DNA of 64,000 bases from Aplysia californica. Its lineage: Eukaryota. Position numbers and translations under genes: made by a program. Within the stretch, counting starts at the first letter, position 1. Every line of letters starts with the position of its first letter. Below are positions 37,114 through 47,761 of this stretch, piece after piece. The stretch covers positions 1,448,375-1,512,374 of the forward strand of contig NW_004797382.1 in the NCBI RefSeq assembly GCF_000002075.1, read 5' to 3'. The notes beneath the pieces were generated by a model. That model ran no database searches, had not been told where the DNA came from, and saw nothing but the letters and a program-made list of their open reading frames with translations.

Positions 37114-38252
37114 GTAAGATGTGTATTGCTGTGTCATAACTAATCACTGTAACGTATTTGCTTGGCTGGATCGGTCGTAGCAACAGTAATAGTGACATAG
37201 ATGCAAGGGAATGACAGAAGTAGGAAGAACAAGTCATCAAACTGACATGATGTGTGTAATAGAGGGGGATCCTTTTCCACTGGGATGTATAAGATCATTT
37301 ATAATTGTAAATGGTCTGTTTTCGAACAGATGTTGCACACAAGCTACTGACGACTTTTAAAAAAGAAAACCTATAGTCATTGCTCTCCATGTTTTTAAGC
37401 TGTTTTAAACCTCTTGGTTCCTCACTTTCTTGCAAATTATTTGGTTTAGGATGAAGTGAAAAAAAAAACGCGTTATAGCTGATTCATTATATTTTAATTT
37501 CTTCTCCAGCAATGTTTCATTTACTTGTAGAGAAAAACTAAAAGGACTGATCAGGTGTGGCTAAAATAAGTCGGATCAGCTTTGTGTCAATTTAATGGCA
37601 ATTTTTGTCAATCCCAATGTAGTGCTCCTTGCTTTAAATCAGGATGACAGGACAGGAGCCGTCAATGCTGTGGGAAAGCAGAGATAGATTTGTGTTCATT
37701 TCGGAACTTCACGGTGACATTAAAGATGGTTCCAGTAGGGAACGGGATAGCGGGTGCCCACATCCCTCATGACTCATCAGAGCAGAGGAAGATAGGACTA
37801 ATGAGGAAGATAGGACTAACGCTAACATTATTTTTAAAAAACAACAGCAATCAAATAACAGAAGCATGTTTTCTTATAATTATAAACGTAAGCACCATCC
37901 CACATCATCACTTACCACCACCATCACCGTCATTACTAAGGTCATCATTGCTCTCAGATCCTTCACAAACATCTACAATTATCTTGAACATCTATATGCA
38001 ACAGTTATATGTCATAATAATTTTGTACGTTATACATTATTGGGCACTCTCATACGCACATTTTTCTACTAATCAGATGGCGTCAATATCATAGAAATGG
38101 GCCAGGGACAAAAAAAAAAGAAAAAAAAAAAAGAGATAGATTTGTGTTGATCCAGTTTGAAAGTGTCGGGGTTGGTTTGTCCGATGGTGATGTTTCGTTG
38201 TTTAGGTGGTATGGGTATAGGCCTACATTTTTATACTCCTCACATACCCCAG

Positions 38253-38426
38253 ATGCTGGTGTCAAAGTGGATGCAGCAACTTTGATTGGAAGATGTGTGA
38301 GGAATCTGAGAGATTGTGCTGTTGACTTCTTAGTGGATGACCACTTGTTTTTGGTGCCTGCCAAATCAATGTTTCTCTCCTGTACCTTCTGGAATTTCAT
38401 CAAAGGAGGGTACATGCAGCTGACAG
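38253..38426 (+). CDS. METTL4: METTL4-like exon (...HLFLVPAKSMFLSC...)
   Basis: cccag acceptor and gtgag donor. FLVPAKSMFL resembles the recalled METTL4 segment YLLPPKSSFL. Confidence 0.85.
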
Positions 38427-38783
38427 GTGAGACAACTATGTATTTTCTATGGGAATGGTTGCTGCTCAGTTTTTGTGCTTGCTGAAGCTGATAATTGACT
38501 GTGTTAACTTGTATATTTTGAGGACAAAAGTGTTATTATTGGGTAAAATTTAAAAACAAAAATGTTGCTCCTGAGCATAAAAGAATTACATGTCTGCGTG
38601 TCAGCGTAACTCGGGAAATGGGCAAATAGAAGACTCTGTGCAGTTCATTGTTATTTAAACAAGTAATACAACCCCCCCGCCCCCTCTGGATAAGTTATGC
38701 AATACGTTAGAGTAAAATTTTACTTATTGTTTCAATCTGAATTATTGTGGAACTGTTTCAGTTTGTTCATGTGTGCAGTATAT

Positions 38784-39218
38784 GTGAGGCAGCGGGGTGG
38801 AATCAGGCTCTCGTCAATTTTTGGGCATGACGAGTTATTGGTATCATTTTAAAGCTTGTTCAATTGTCTTTATTTGTATGAAAAAAATATCCATTTATCA
38901 CGAATACAAGTCGAGATATTTGCGAATGAAGGAGGTTGGGGTCACTTATTTTTAGAGGTAAAATTAGTGAGAAAATGGCCTCCAGAGATTAGTTATTTCC
39001 TTAGCTTAAGAGTCCTTGGTAACTGAAAATTTACCTTTTCTGTGCCTTTAATCAACGTTTTTCAGAAAAATCCACACAGAAATGAGTTCTTTATTGGGCA
39101 TGAAAGGTGTTGAGTCAAAAAACAAAAATTTGATAAAAATTCACGAACCTGCGGAAAAATGCAGGTTTCTTCATTTGGATTATTTTGACGAGAGCCTGAT
39201 TCCACCACGCTGCCTCAC
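38784..39218. mobile_element. MITE family B, copy 3
   Basis: Same TIRs; 4-bp TSD atat. Confidence 0.88.
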
Positions 39219-39245
39219 ATATGCTTTTGAATGTTTTCGTTTCAG

Positions 39246-39315
39246 ATGGTGGAGGCTATGACTTGATAGTTGTGGATCCACCGTGGCGCAATAAGTCTGT
39301 GAAAAGGAAAAAGAG
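39246..39315 (+). CDS. METTL4: METTL4-like catalytic exon (YDLIVVDPPWRNKSVKRK)
   Basis: DPPW motif of MT-A70 methyltransferases followed by the METTL4-typical NKSVKR; ttcag acceptor, gt donor. Confidence 0.93.
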
Positions 39316-39569
39316 GTGGTTGTTCTATGTACTTTCTGTACTGCTTTCCTTTATGACGTTTATCGTGTTAGATGGAAATTAGCTATACTATACGGTGGAA
39401 GGTTAATTGCTTGCCTTTGGTTATGTTTGTATGATGTACAATAATACAATGTGGGAATTCAATTTGAATTCAAAGATAGTACTGCAATCTACATGATATC
39501 TTGTATATTTTCTGTGTTATAGTTTCAGAAATATCTGTATTGATGTTGTAAGTATTGTCACCATCTTTT

Positions 39570-39740
39570 AGTTTTAGTAAGAGTTTTACGGCACTTGCAA
39601 CATAATAAGGTCATATAAGTGCCGAAGAATAGATGTTACAAAAGAGTAATGAACACAAAAAAGGTGGAGGAGAGAAGGACGATAGATGTTTGATAGGAAA
39701 GAAGGAGCAAACCACGCCAGAGCACCTGCCAACCACCCAC
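39570..39740 (-). mobile_element. Short retroposon family A, copy 3
   Basis: TSD tgtcaccatctttt at 39556-39569 and 39741-39754. Confidence 0.85.
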
Positions 39741-39923
39741 TGTCACCATCTTTTTGAAACGATTAACACCATTTTCAAAATTTTTTTTGGTACTAATTTC
39801 TCCCATTTTAAGTGTGTTGATGTGAAGTTTACCGATGTAAGCTTGTTTTGTATTAATTTTCCATACTGATCATTTTTAGTTTTAGTGATATTTTTGATCC
39901 TTTGTCTTTTTAATTTTTTTAAG

Positions 39924-40098
39924 TTACTGGACTTTTGAGGAAAGTGACTTAAAACAAATTCCTGTCCCTGCTCTGGCGAATGAAGCATGCCTGGTCTGTG
40001 TGTGGGTGACAAACAAGGACAGCCTCATCTCTTGTGTCAAAAATGATTTGTTCCCTGCCTGGGGTGTAGAGCTGCTGTCTGAGTGGCTCTGGCTCAAA
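39924..40098 (+). CDS. METTL4: METTL4-like exon (LKQIPVPAL...VCVWVTN...LFPAWGV..EWLWLK)
   Basis: MT-A70 WVTN and WxWxK motifs; aag acceptor after a T-tract, gtaag donor. Confidence 0.92.
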
Positions 40099-40132
40099 GT
40101 AAGACTGGATGATTTCATTGTCTCTCATTTAA

Positions 40133-40377
40133 CCCTATCCGTACGTCGTGTTTTACCCTCGTATCTACACGATGTGGGAAACTCTGTGCCACCACTTTCC
40201 AAAGAGGAAATTTACTCATTAATCCGATCCGTACACTTTGCATAGCATTCTGTCAAAATGATTTTTTACGAAATACTGAAAGTTTCAAAGTAAAGAGATC
40301 TCCGTCCTAGAAGTATTCTAAAATGTGAAGAATACAACCCCGGGGGTACAAAATGACCCCAGGGCGTACGCATAGGT
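40133..40377. mobile_element. piggyBac-type MITE (family C), copy 1
   Basis: TTAA on both sides; ccctatccgtacg TIR; similar to 62272-62510. Confidence 0.88.
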
Positions 40378-40753
40378 TTAATCATTTGTGCTGTTTTGTT
40401 GTCATGACTTACCTACAACTTGTCTTGCTTTTTTGGAACAATAATTAAATAGATCTTGTGAAAAAAGAATGCTGTCCCCTTTTTTGTGAGTGAAATTTGA
40501 AATAATAGCATTTGTGAATAAATAATACATGGTTGAGTGGGTGTGTTTGAAGAAAAAAAAAGGGGGGTGTAGGAGGAGGGATGTATGAGTATAGATAGAT
40601 GTACTTTGTTTTGTATATATATTTGAAGGTCCATTAGACTAAATTTTTGAAACTGCAATGCCTAACTTTCTTGACCAGTTAATGTTCTTGATGTGCATTG
40701 AGAAAGATTATCTTGCCCTTTTTAGCTTTTTGAATTGCTTTTGTCTTCCACAG

Positions 40754-40979
40754 TTAACTCGTTGTGGAGATCCTGTGTGTGATGTGGACTCTCCAAACAA
40801 AAAATGTTATGAGCAGCTGATCATAGGAAGGCTGACAAAGACCTCAGACAGTGTTGAAAAAGTGTCCGACTCTGATGGCAATGTGGACAGATCCCTCCTT
40901 GCTCCGTCTGTCCCTCCATATGACTTCGTTCTGGTGACCACACCATGTGTACTGCATTCCAAGAAGCCTCCACTCTCTG
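40754..40979 (+). CDS. METTL4: METTL4-like exon (LTRCGDPV..SPNKKCYEQLIIG...HSKKPPL)
   Basis: KKxYE and HSxKP MT-A70 motifs; cacag acceptor, gtatg donor. Confidence 0.92.
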
Positions 40980-41695
40980 GTATGGACAATGTTGCTTTTT
41001 TTTTGGGGGGGGGGGGTATTTTTGTTGTTGTTGGTGACGTGTTATGATAATTGTGAATGATGGTAAATATTCATTCCTCTAACGACACAATCTAGACTAT
41101 TTTGGAGATGCGCTGTTTTGACTTCGCCCATCAGGGCCAACATGGGTTGAGTGGAGCACAGTCTCTCAGCAGATCAGACGAGCTTACCTGATAGAATGAC
41201 TTTCTCATTTGGGAATTAAACACAGGTCTACTTGCCTAACCTTCACATCATGGACACATGTCAACATTGACATGCTTAGGAACATGTGCCAATCATAGGG
41301 TGTATCTCAAGGATTGCTGTCTTCGATGCGTAAAGTAAAGACAATCTGTCCTTTAAAACAAAGGGCTGTTTTATACTAGGATTAGTACTTCGATCGTATT
41401 GGTCCTCGTGAGCAATTGTAGTTTTTACTTGCACTTTTCATGTGATGGAAAGTATCTGTGCTTAACTTTTACCATTGTTCCAGAATGTTGAGGTTTCATT
41501 AACTAGAGCTGTAATTTTTTAGTTTGATATGGATACAATCAGAGAACTGTACTGTGGTCTTCAGTCAAATTCATAGGTTACTATGACTACATTTGTTTCT
41601 GCTATTTTCTTTTGTGCTGTACTATAAGCCAGGCAGAGCCGTGACACATATCTTGACATCAATGCTTTTTTGGGAAAATAAGGTACTGCATTTGA

Positions 41696-42053
<358 letters not shown>

Positions 42054-42659
42054 TAAAAGAAATTTTTATTGCAGTTTCTTTAGATTTGATTATGTATCAG
42101 TTGCATGTGCTCAAGAAAAATATTGCTGAATTTCAAATTCTAACTAGATCTAGTGTTAATAATTTGTAAAAAGCAAGGAAAAGAATGAAACAATTTTTTC
42201 TCTTTCATGGAAAATTTTCTCTCTCGGTTTAGTATATATTTGAAAAGCTTGCTGACATGTTGTTTCTCTCAGAGAGACTTGTGAGTCTTTTTCCTTCTGG
42301 ATCTGTGGAGACTGAGAGGGACACAAAGTAGCTCTATCCTGGTTTCAGAACTTGAAGAATTTATGCATTTAATTATGGGATTGCATTCAGAGCTGCGGAG
42401 AAATGTATTTTGTAGTTGAAAGTTGAGAGTTGTTCATGCGGTTTTCCCCCCGTTATTTCCCCTGTGGTTTGTTACTGTGTTAAATGACATGAAATACAAA
42501 CTGAAATGTCTTCATCTGAGGGCCGTTCTTAAACAGTCAATAGCTTGAAGCAGATATAATTTAGACATCTTGTCCTGGATCCTGCTTTTGAACAGAAAAA
42601 TTATGACACTGACCAACTCACTAATGTTACTAAATGCAAAGATCGTACATAACAAGATG

Positions 42660-43076
42660 GGCCACTCAGCCAAAAAAGTGTCCGCCAGAAGTCCGGTCCT
42701 TGTTTCAGATGGCGCTGCAGTCTGTTTTGAAGCTCTCTTTCGTTTTTCCAGAAAAAGAAATGAAAAAAGTTCAGCAGTTCGGGTTTGTTCAGTGCGGAGT
42801 TTTAGTTTTTAAAAATTTTAATGATCTCGCCTTTCATTCTAAAGTCAAATTAAACGAAGAAAACAATCACCCTTTCCTCCGGAAGAGTTTTTTTGTCAGC
42901 GTAACCATTTTTAAAAAGCGTTCTTCCGAAATTTATCCAAAAACTTGCTAGTTTCACTTTGACTTTTTAAACTCAAGTAGGGTAACTCTGTTCGCGAAGG
43001 GTGCACATTTGCGAAGAGGGCGCCACCGAATTTTGAGGACACTTTTTTAATTGGCTCAAAGAGAGGAGTGGCCTCT
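42660..43076. mobile_element. Probable MITE (degenerate TIRs)
   Basis: ggccactc..aaaaaagtgtcc / ggacactttttt..gagtggcc imperfect inverted ends. Confidence 0.5.
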
Positions 43077-43336
43077 CTTGTTATGTAGACTCTTTGCTAA
43101 AAGAGAAGCTCTGTACTGCAATGAATTGCTGCCCTAGGTTGATATGGTTTGGTCAATAAGAATGAGGAAGTAGTAGTACAGATTTCACCATCACTCATTG
43201 GATGCCTATTAATTTTCTTCCCAGCTCTTGAAAAGAACTTAACAACTTGCTTCATGCAATGATTTGTGTCTGGTACCACTTCTGTTTCGAATTTCATTTT
43301 TTGATATATTGTGTTGCTTCTGTTTTGTACTTTCAG

Positions 43337-43423
43337 CCTTTGAGACATCAGCATATAGACTATTTTGAAAGATTGTCCAATGAGCAAGCTTCACATGAGG
43401 GAAAAGAGGGGAAGCTTTTGTGA
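43337..43423 (+). CDS. METTL4: METTL4-like last coding exon (PLRHQHIDYFERLSNEQASHEGKEGKLL*)
   Basis: tttcag acceptor; QHIDYF matches the recalled METTL4 C-terminal QHVDYF; TGA at 43421-43423. Summed CDS is 1500 nt (499 aa). Confidence 0.82.
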   Translation, partial: PLRHQHIDYFERLSNEQASHEGKEGKLL

Positions 43424-43650
43424 TCAATACCTTATTGAATTCAGAACATAAGTCTTGTACCGAGCCCTGAAGATCAACCCAAGGTTTCCCTACACAGATC
43501 TTAGCTCCGATGGTTGAAACATGAATGATTCAGGACAGAAGGTCTACTGACAACAGAGTTTTGAAGTTCAGCAATTTTCTGAACTCTGAATTCTGTACTA
43601 CGCCAAGCATAGCCCAGATTTCTAGGCAGTCTTTCTTTTGCATTTCTACT

Positions 43651-43840
43651 GGCGTCTATGGTGTAGTGTTTAGGTGCTTTGCTGTTACACGCAGGAGACT
43701 TGAGTTCGATTCAGGAGAGGGAGGACAATTTTTATAGAGTATCTCAGTCTTCCTGCTGGGATGCTGTACCCCTCTCGGCGTGGGTCGCCCACCTCCTAAA
43801 TGATCAAGATTATGTCGATGGGGGCTTTAAAAACTTCTAT
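43651..43840 (+). mobile_element. tRNA-derived SINE in the putative METTL4 3' UTR
   Basis: A-box-like tggtgtagtg, B-box-like gagttcgattc; 3' end ctcctaaatgatc...ggctttaaaa. Confidence 0.6.
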
Positions 43841-44340
43841 TATATTTAAAATTAAAAATTTTTTAAAATACATTTTTGAATGCGGGCAGCTGTCCTTCTT
43901 AGCAACAGCGTCTAGATCAACTAGATGCATCTTTTTTCATTTTTCATTGAGGAAATAAGTCCCACCTTGTACTTGTAGTATTTAAAAAAAAAATTTTTTT
44001 TTAACAAAAGGAAGATAATGAATAGAAACATGTTGTGATACAGGGTTTATACCATTGTCAATTTTTAATAAGTGTGAGTAAACCTTTGTGTCAGATTTCT
44101 AGTTATTTACTTGTTCAAATGAAAGGTTCTATATATTGCAAAAAGCTATAATACTGTTCCAAGATATGTACATGTACTTAAGAAGAAAGGAAATAATGTG
44201 TGTTCTATTGTGCATATTCTGTTTATATCATTGCTTGTCTTTAATTGTCTCTTTCTGTGACTGAACCATGTTGGGTGAAACATTTTGAAAAGCCGCTGGT
44301 CTCAAGTATTTTGAAACAAGTAGACAATTGTCCTTAATAA

Positions 44341-44489
44341 TGTTTGCTTGATGTTGTTGTTGTTATCGATCCAGTGTTTGCTTGATGTTGTTGTTGTTAT
44401 CGATCCAGTGTTTGCTTGATGTTGTTGTTGTTATCGATCCAGTGTTTGCTTGATGTTGTTGTTGTTATCGATCCAGTGTTTGCTTGATG
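44341..44489. repeat. 34-bp tandem repeat, about 4 copies, just before the candidate METTL4 polyA signal (AATAAA at 44495-44500)
   Basis: tgtttgcttgatgttgttgttgttatcgatccag. Confidence 0.85.
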
Positions 44490-45049
44490 AATACAATAAA
44501 TGAATTTCAACTAACATTTTCTCGTGACTTGATGAACTGAAGAGTTCTATGCAATAACTAGATCTAGTCATTGTTTGTGGAAAACTTTTGAGCAAGGGCT
44601 TCTCTTGGTTTTGTATGCTTGAAGCATTCTTGCTTCTGAAATACCCGATAGGTGCAATATCTGGTGGCAGCCTCGTTTGGTGATTGTTTGATAAAGCGTT
44701 TTACTGCACGACTTCTTATTGCATATTATGGTCATCATATGAGCGTGCAGGACTGGTGTTTATATGATAAAGTGTTTTACTGCACTCCTTACTGCATATT
44801 ATGGCCTTACTGCATATTATGGTCATCATATGAGCGTGCAGGACTGGTGTTTATATGATAAAGCGTTTTACTGCACTCCTTACTGCATATTATGGTCATC
44901 ATATGAGCATGCAGGACTCAAGGTGGTTATTTTCACCTCGGTTTTCAGCAGGGGGTGGTTTTCGAGTGCAAAGTACGACTGACTGTCATGACCAACCTGG
45001 GATGAGAGGGAGAGAAATGATTTCCCGCAGAAAGACTGAGAGCTCAGTT

Positions 45050-45224
45050 AGTTTTAGTAAGAGTTTTACGGCACTTGCAACACAATAAGGTCATATAAGC
45101 GCCGAAGATTAGAGGTGTTACAAGAGAGTAACAAACATAAAAAAGAAGGAGGGAAGATAGAGACGATAGATTTTTTATAGGAAAGAAGGAGCAAACCACA
45201 CCAGAGCTCAGGCCAACCACCCAC
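45050..45224 (-). mobile_element. Short retroposon family A, copy 4
   Basis: TSD actgagagctcagtt at 45035-45049 and 45223-45237. Confidence 0.85.
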
Positions 45225-45400
45225 TGAGAGCTCAGTTCTCGATAAAAACTCTCACTATATGGGAACTGCTCTCACGTCTTCTTCTGTGTGCAACAGTAAA
45301 CTGCCAAACTGGTACACCACAGACACTAGTAGACACTCCGAGTCTTTGAGATTTCTCAGAATGAGGAGCACTTAAGCTGGCTAAGGATTATTTCAAATTT

Positions 45401-46661
45401 GTGTGTGCCTGGAGTAAGGTCCCAGTTTTTTTTTTCCAAAGCTATTTTTGAGCAATGGGGTGAATTTGTGTTACAAAATGTGGCATATCTTTAAAATTAC
45501 TCATAATATTTGAACAATTTTAACTCATTCGCTACGCCGAGCCGTGGGGGGCGGCGCGGCTAAAGTGCCGTCAGTACGCTAAGCCGCCCCCGGCGGCTCG
45601 AGAACCGATCTTCAATTTTAGCTTAGATTCTAGTCCAATCCACATATCCATGTTAAAATAAAGGTCATAATATAATGTTGACTTCCGGGTCAAGCATTTC
45701 CACTAAAAATCGGAAATTTAGATTCAGTTTTGAAACATGATTTCGTAGTTTATTCGACTTTGTTTTACCGCGATGCCAAAATTATAGCCCGGACACCAGT
45801 CTTAGTACTTTTACAAAACAAAATCTATCATTATTTTGCCCCCTAAAGAAATGTAGGACTCTTTTTTATAATATTGATACGATTGGACTCATATTGCCAA
45901 TGCACTGTTATTGAGAAATCAATATTTTTGAGTGTTCGATCTAGGTCTGTTGTCTAGATCTAAATTGTCAAAATATTTTTTTCTCCCCAACATCACTACT
46001 TTTTGATGAAATTACACAAAAAGTGCCACTCAAGACATGTATAGGTTTATTCCAAATGCAATTCTGAATAATTCCATACAAGATACGAGTGGGTTTTTTT
46101 CTGTTTGTGATGGTTTTTCAAGATTATAAATTTTTTTTTTTTTAAATATCGGATGTTATGTTCAAAATGTACAAATATTATGGAATGTAGGTAAATAACT
46201 GCAAACTTTTCAATATTTTCCAGTTTTATATTCATTTATGGTTATTTTGATGTATCATTTGACTGGGTGCAAACATATTTTCCCAAAGATTTTTTTGTTG
46301 TTGTTGAAATTTTATCCGCATCCAATCAAAATTGTGTTGCATAATCGTCTCTTACAGGAACCAAAGTTGAAAAATACATAAATAAACATTACAGATGTAT
46401 TCTACAAACCATACTGAAAATATTGGTATATAATATGTTGATATTTATTTGAATTTGTGGCCCCAAAGACCTTTTACCTGCCCACTAGTCATCATCTCAT
46501 TCGCCCTTCCGAAAAAAAATTCGTCCACAAGCCGAAAGTAATACGTAGCGAATGAGTCAAAATCAGCGTGTTCAGCATTGAATTTGCTACATGAATATAT
46601 GCCCTTATTTCAATTACATTAAAATTTCCGACAACTGGGACTTTTTCCCAGGCACACACAC
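45401..46661. mobile_element. Sola-like MITE (outer element) carrying a nested insertion
   Basis: TIR gtgtgtgcctgg..gtcccagtt / aactgggac..ccaggcacacac; 4-bp TSD attt. Confidence 0.7.
45524..46556. mobile_element. piggyBac-like non-autonomous element nested in 45401-46661
   Basis: ttaa-ctcattcgctacg ... cgtagcgaatgag-tcaa. Confidence 0.75.
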
Positions 46662-46824
46662 ATTTTGTCTCTGCAGCTGACTCTGGCTGGCCTGATTCTT
46701 TTCTTCTACTCTACTTCTCCTGTAGACCACCTTGCTCACATGGGCCTGTACTTTTGTGGACCACTTTGCTTACATGGGCCATAGCGTTAGCTCAGTTGGT
46801 ATCATACTGTTGTTGTGTGGATAG

Positions 46825-47350
46825 TTAGTAGTACAGGGTTTTACGGCGCTCGCAACTGCATAAGGTCATATGAGCACGCGAAACACAAGTTGGTTACATT
46901 CGCAATAGTTCACTGCACGGTTGGTCGATAATTAGACTTTAAAATGCTAAAATACTAAAATTCAGTGTGAATATATTTGCGATTTAAAACAACTCTTATA
47001 AATAACAATAACATTTTTTAAACAATATTGTTTCACTTAAAAATTTGCCATAAAGGCCAATGGCCTTCATAAAATTCAAAATTCTGCTGGGACCAACAAC
47101 GGAAAAAACGTCTTGCAATTTCTTGCATTTAAAATATTTCCTTCGGATCTCTCCAAAGTCTAGACATTCGGTTAAGATGTGTCTAATGGTAAAATCTGTG
47201 TCGCATCCGACACAGAATGGCTTCTCATCTCCCTGTAGGAGGTATTTGTGGGTCAGGGCCGTGTGTCCGATGCGCAATCGAGTAAAAATGACTTCGTCTC
47301 TTCTGGAGAGGTCCGAAGGATTTCGCTGTTCTTGGATGTTGTGTGGATGA
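46825..47350 (-). mobile_element. 5'-truncated I/Nimb-like LINE: ORF2 C-terminus, 3' UTR and terminal motif
   Basis: SRRDEVIFTRLRIGHT...CVGC...HILTEC zinc knuckle. Ends atatgaccttatgcagttgcgagcgccgtaaaac plus a short-repeat tail. Confidence 0.85.
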
Positions 47351-47582
47351 CCCTTGTTCGAATTCCCAATGGGGCAGTCTAGATTTAGGATTTTTGGGGA
47401 AGTTTTATAAGCTCTCCACCCATTTGACTTAGTTCTGTTGGAGATGTATGTTACATTCAAAGCTTGAGCTTTGACACTTAACTTTATACTGTTGAAAGAC
47501 GGCGTTAATCCAAAACAATTGTGTAAATACTAACTACCTTCTTGTCACTGGTGAGCACCATATGCTTGCTAAAAACAAAATA

Positions 47583-47761
47583 CAGTCAAAATTGTCTAGG
47601 ACAGCGCCAGCCATTGTCAAGGAGAAAAGTGGTTGTCTTAGGCAGGTACACATCTTGGACAGTTTTTTTATAAATAATAGAAAAATCGCAAGGGGAGAAA
47701 GTGCTACATGGTCGTTTGTACAGTTGTCTTGGACAGGTGGCTGTTACAGCAGGTTTGACTG
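47583..47761. mobile_element. pogo/Tigger-like MITE
   Basis: ta-cagtcaaa...tttgactg termini. Confidence 0.55.
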
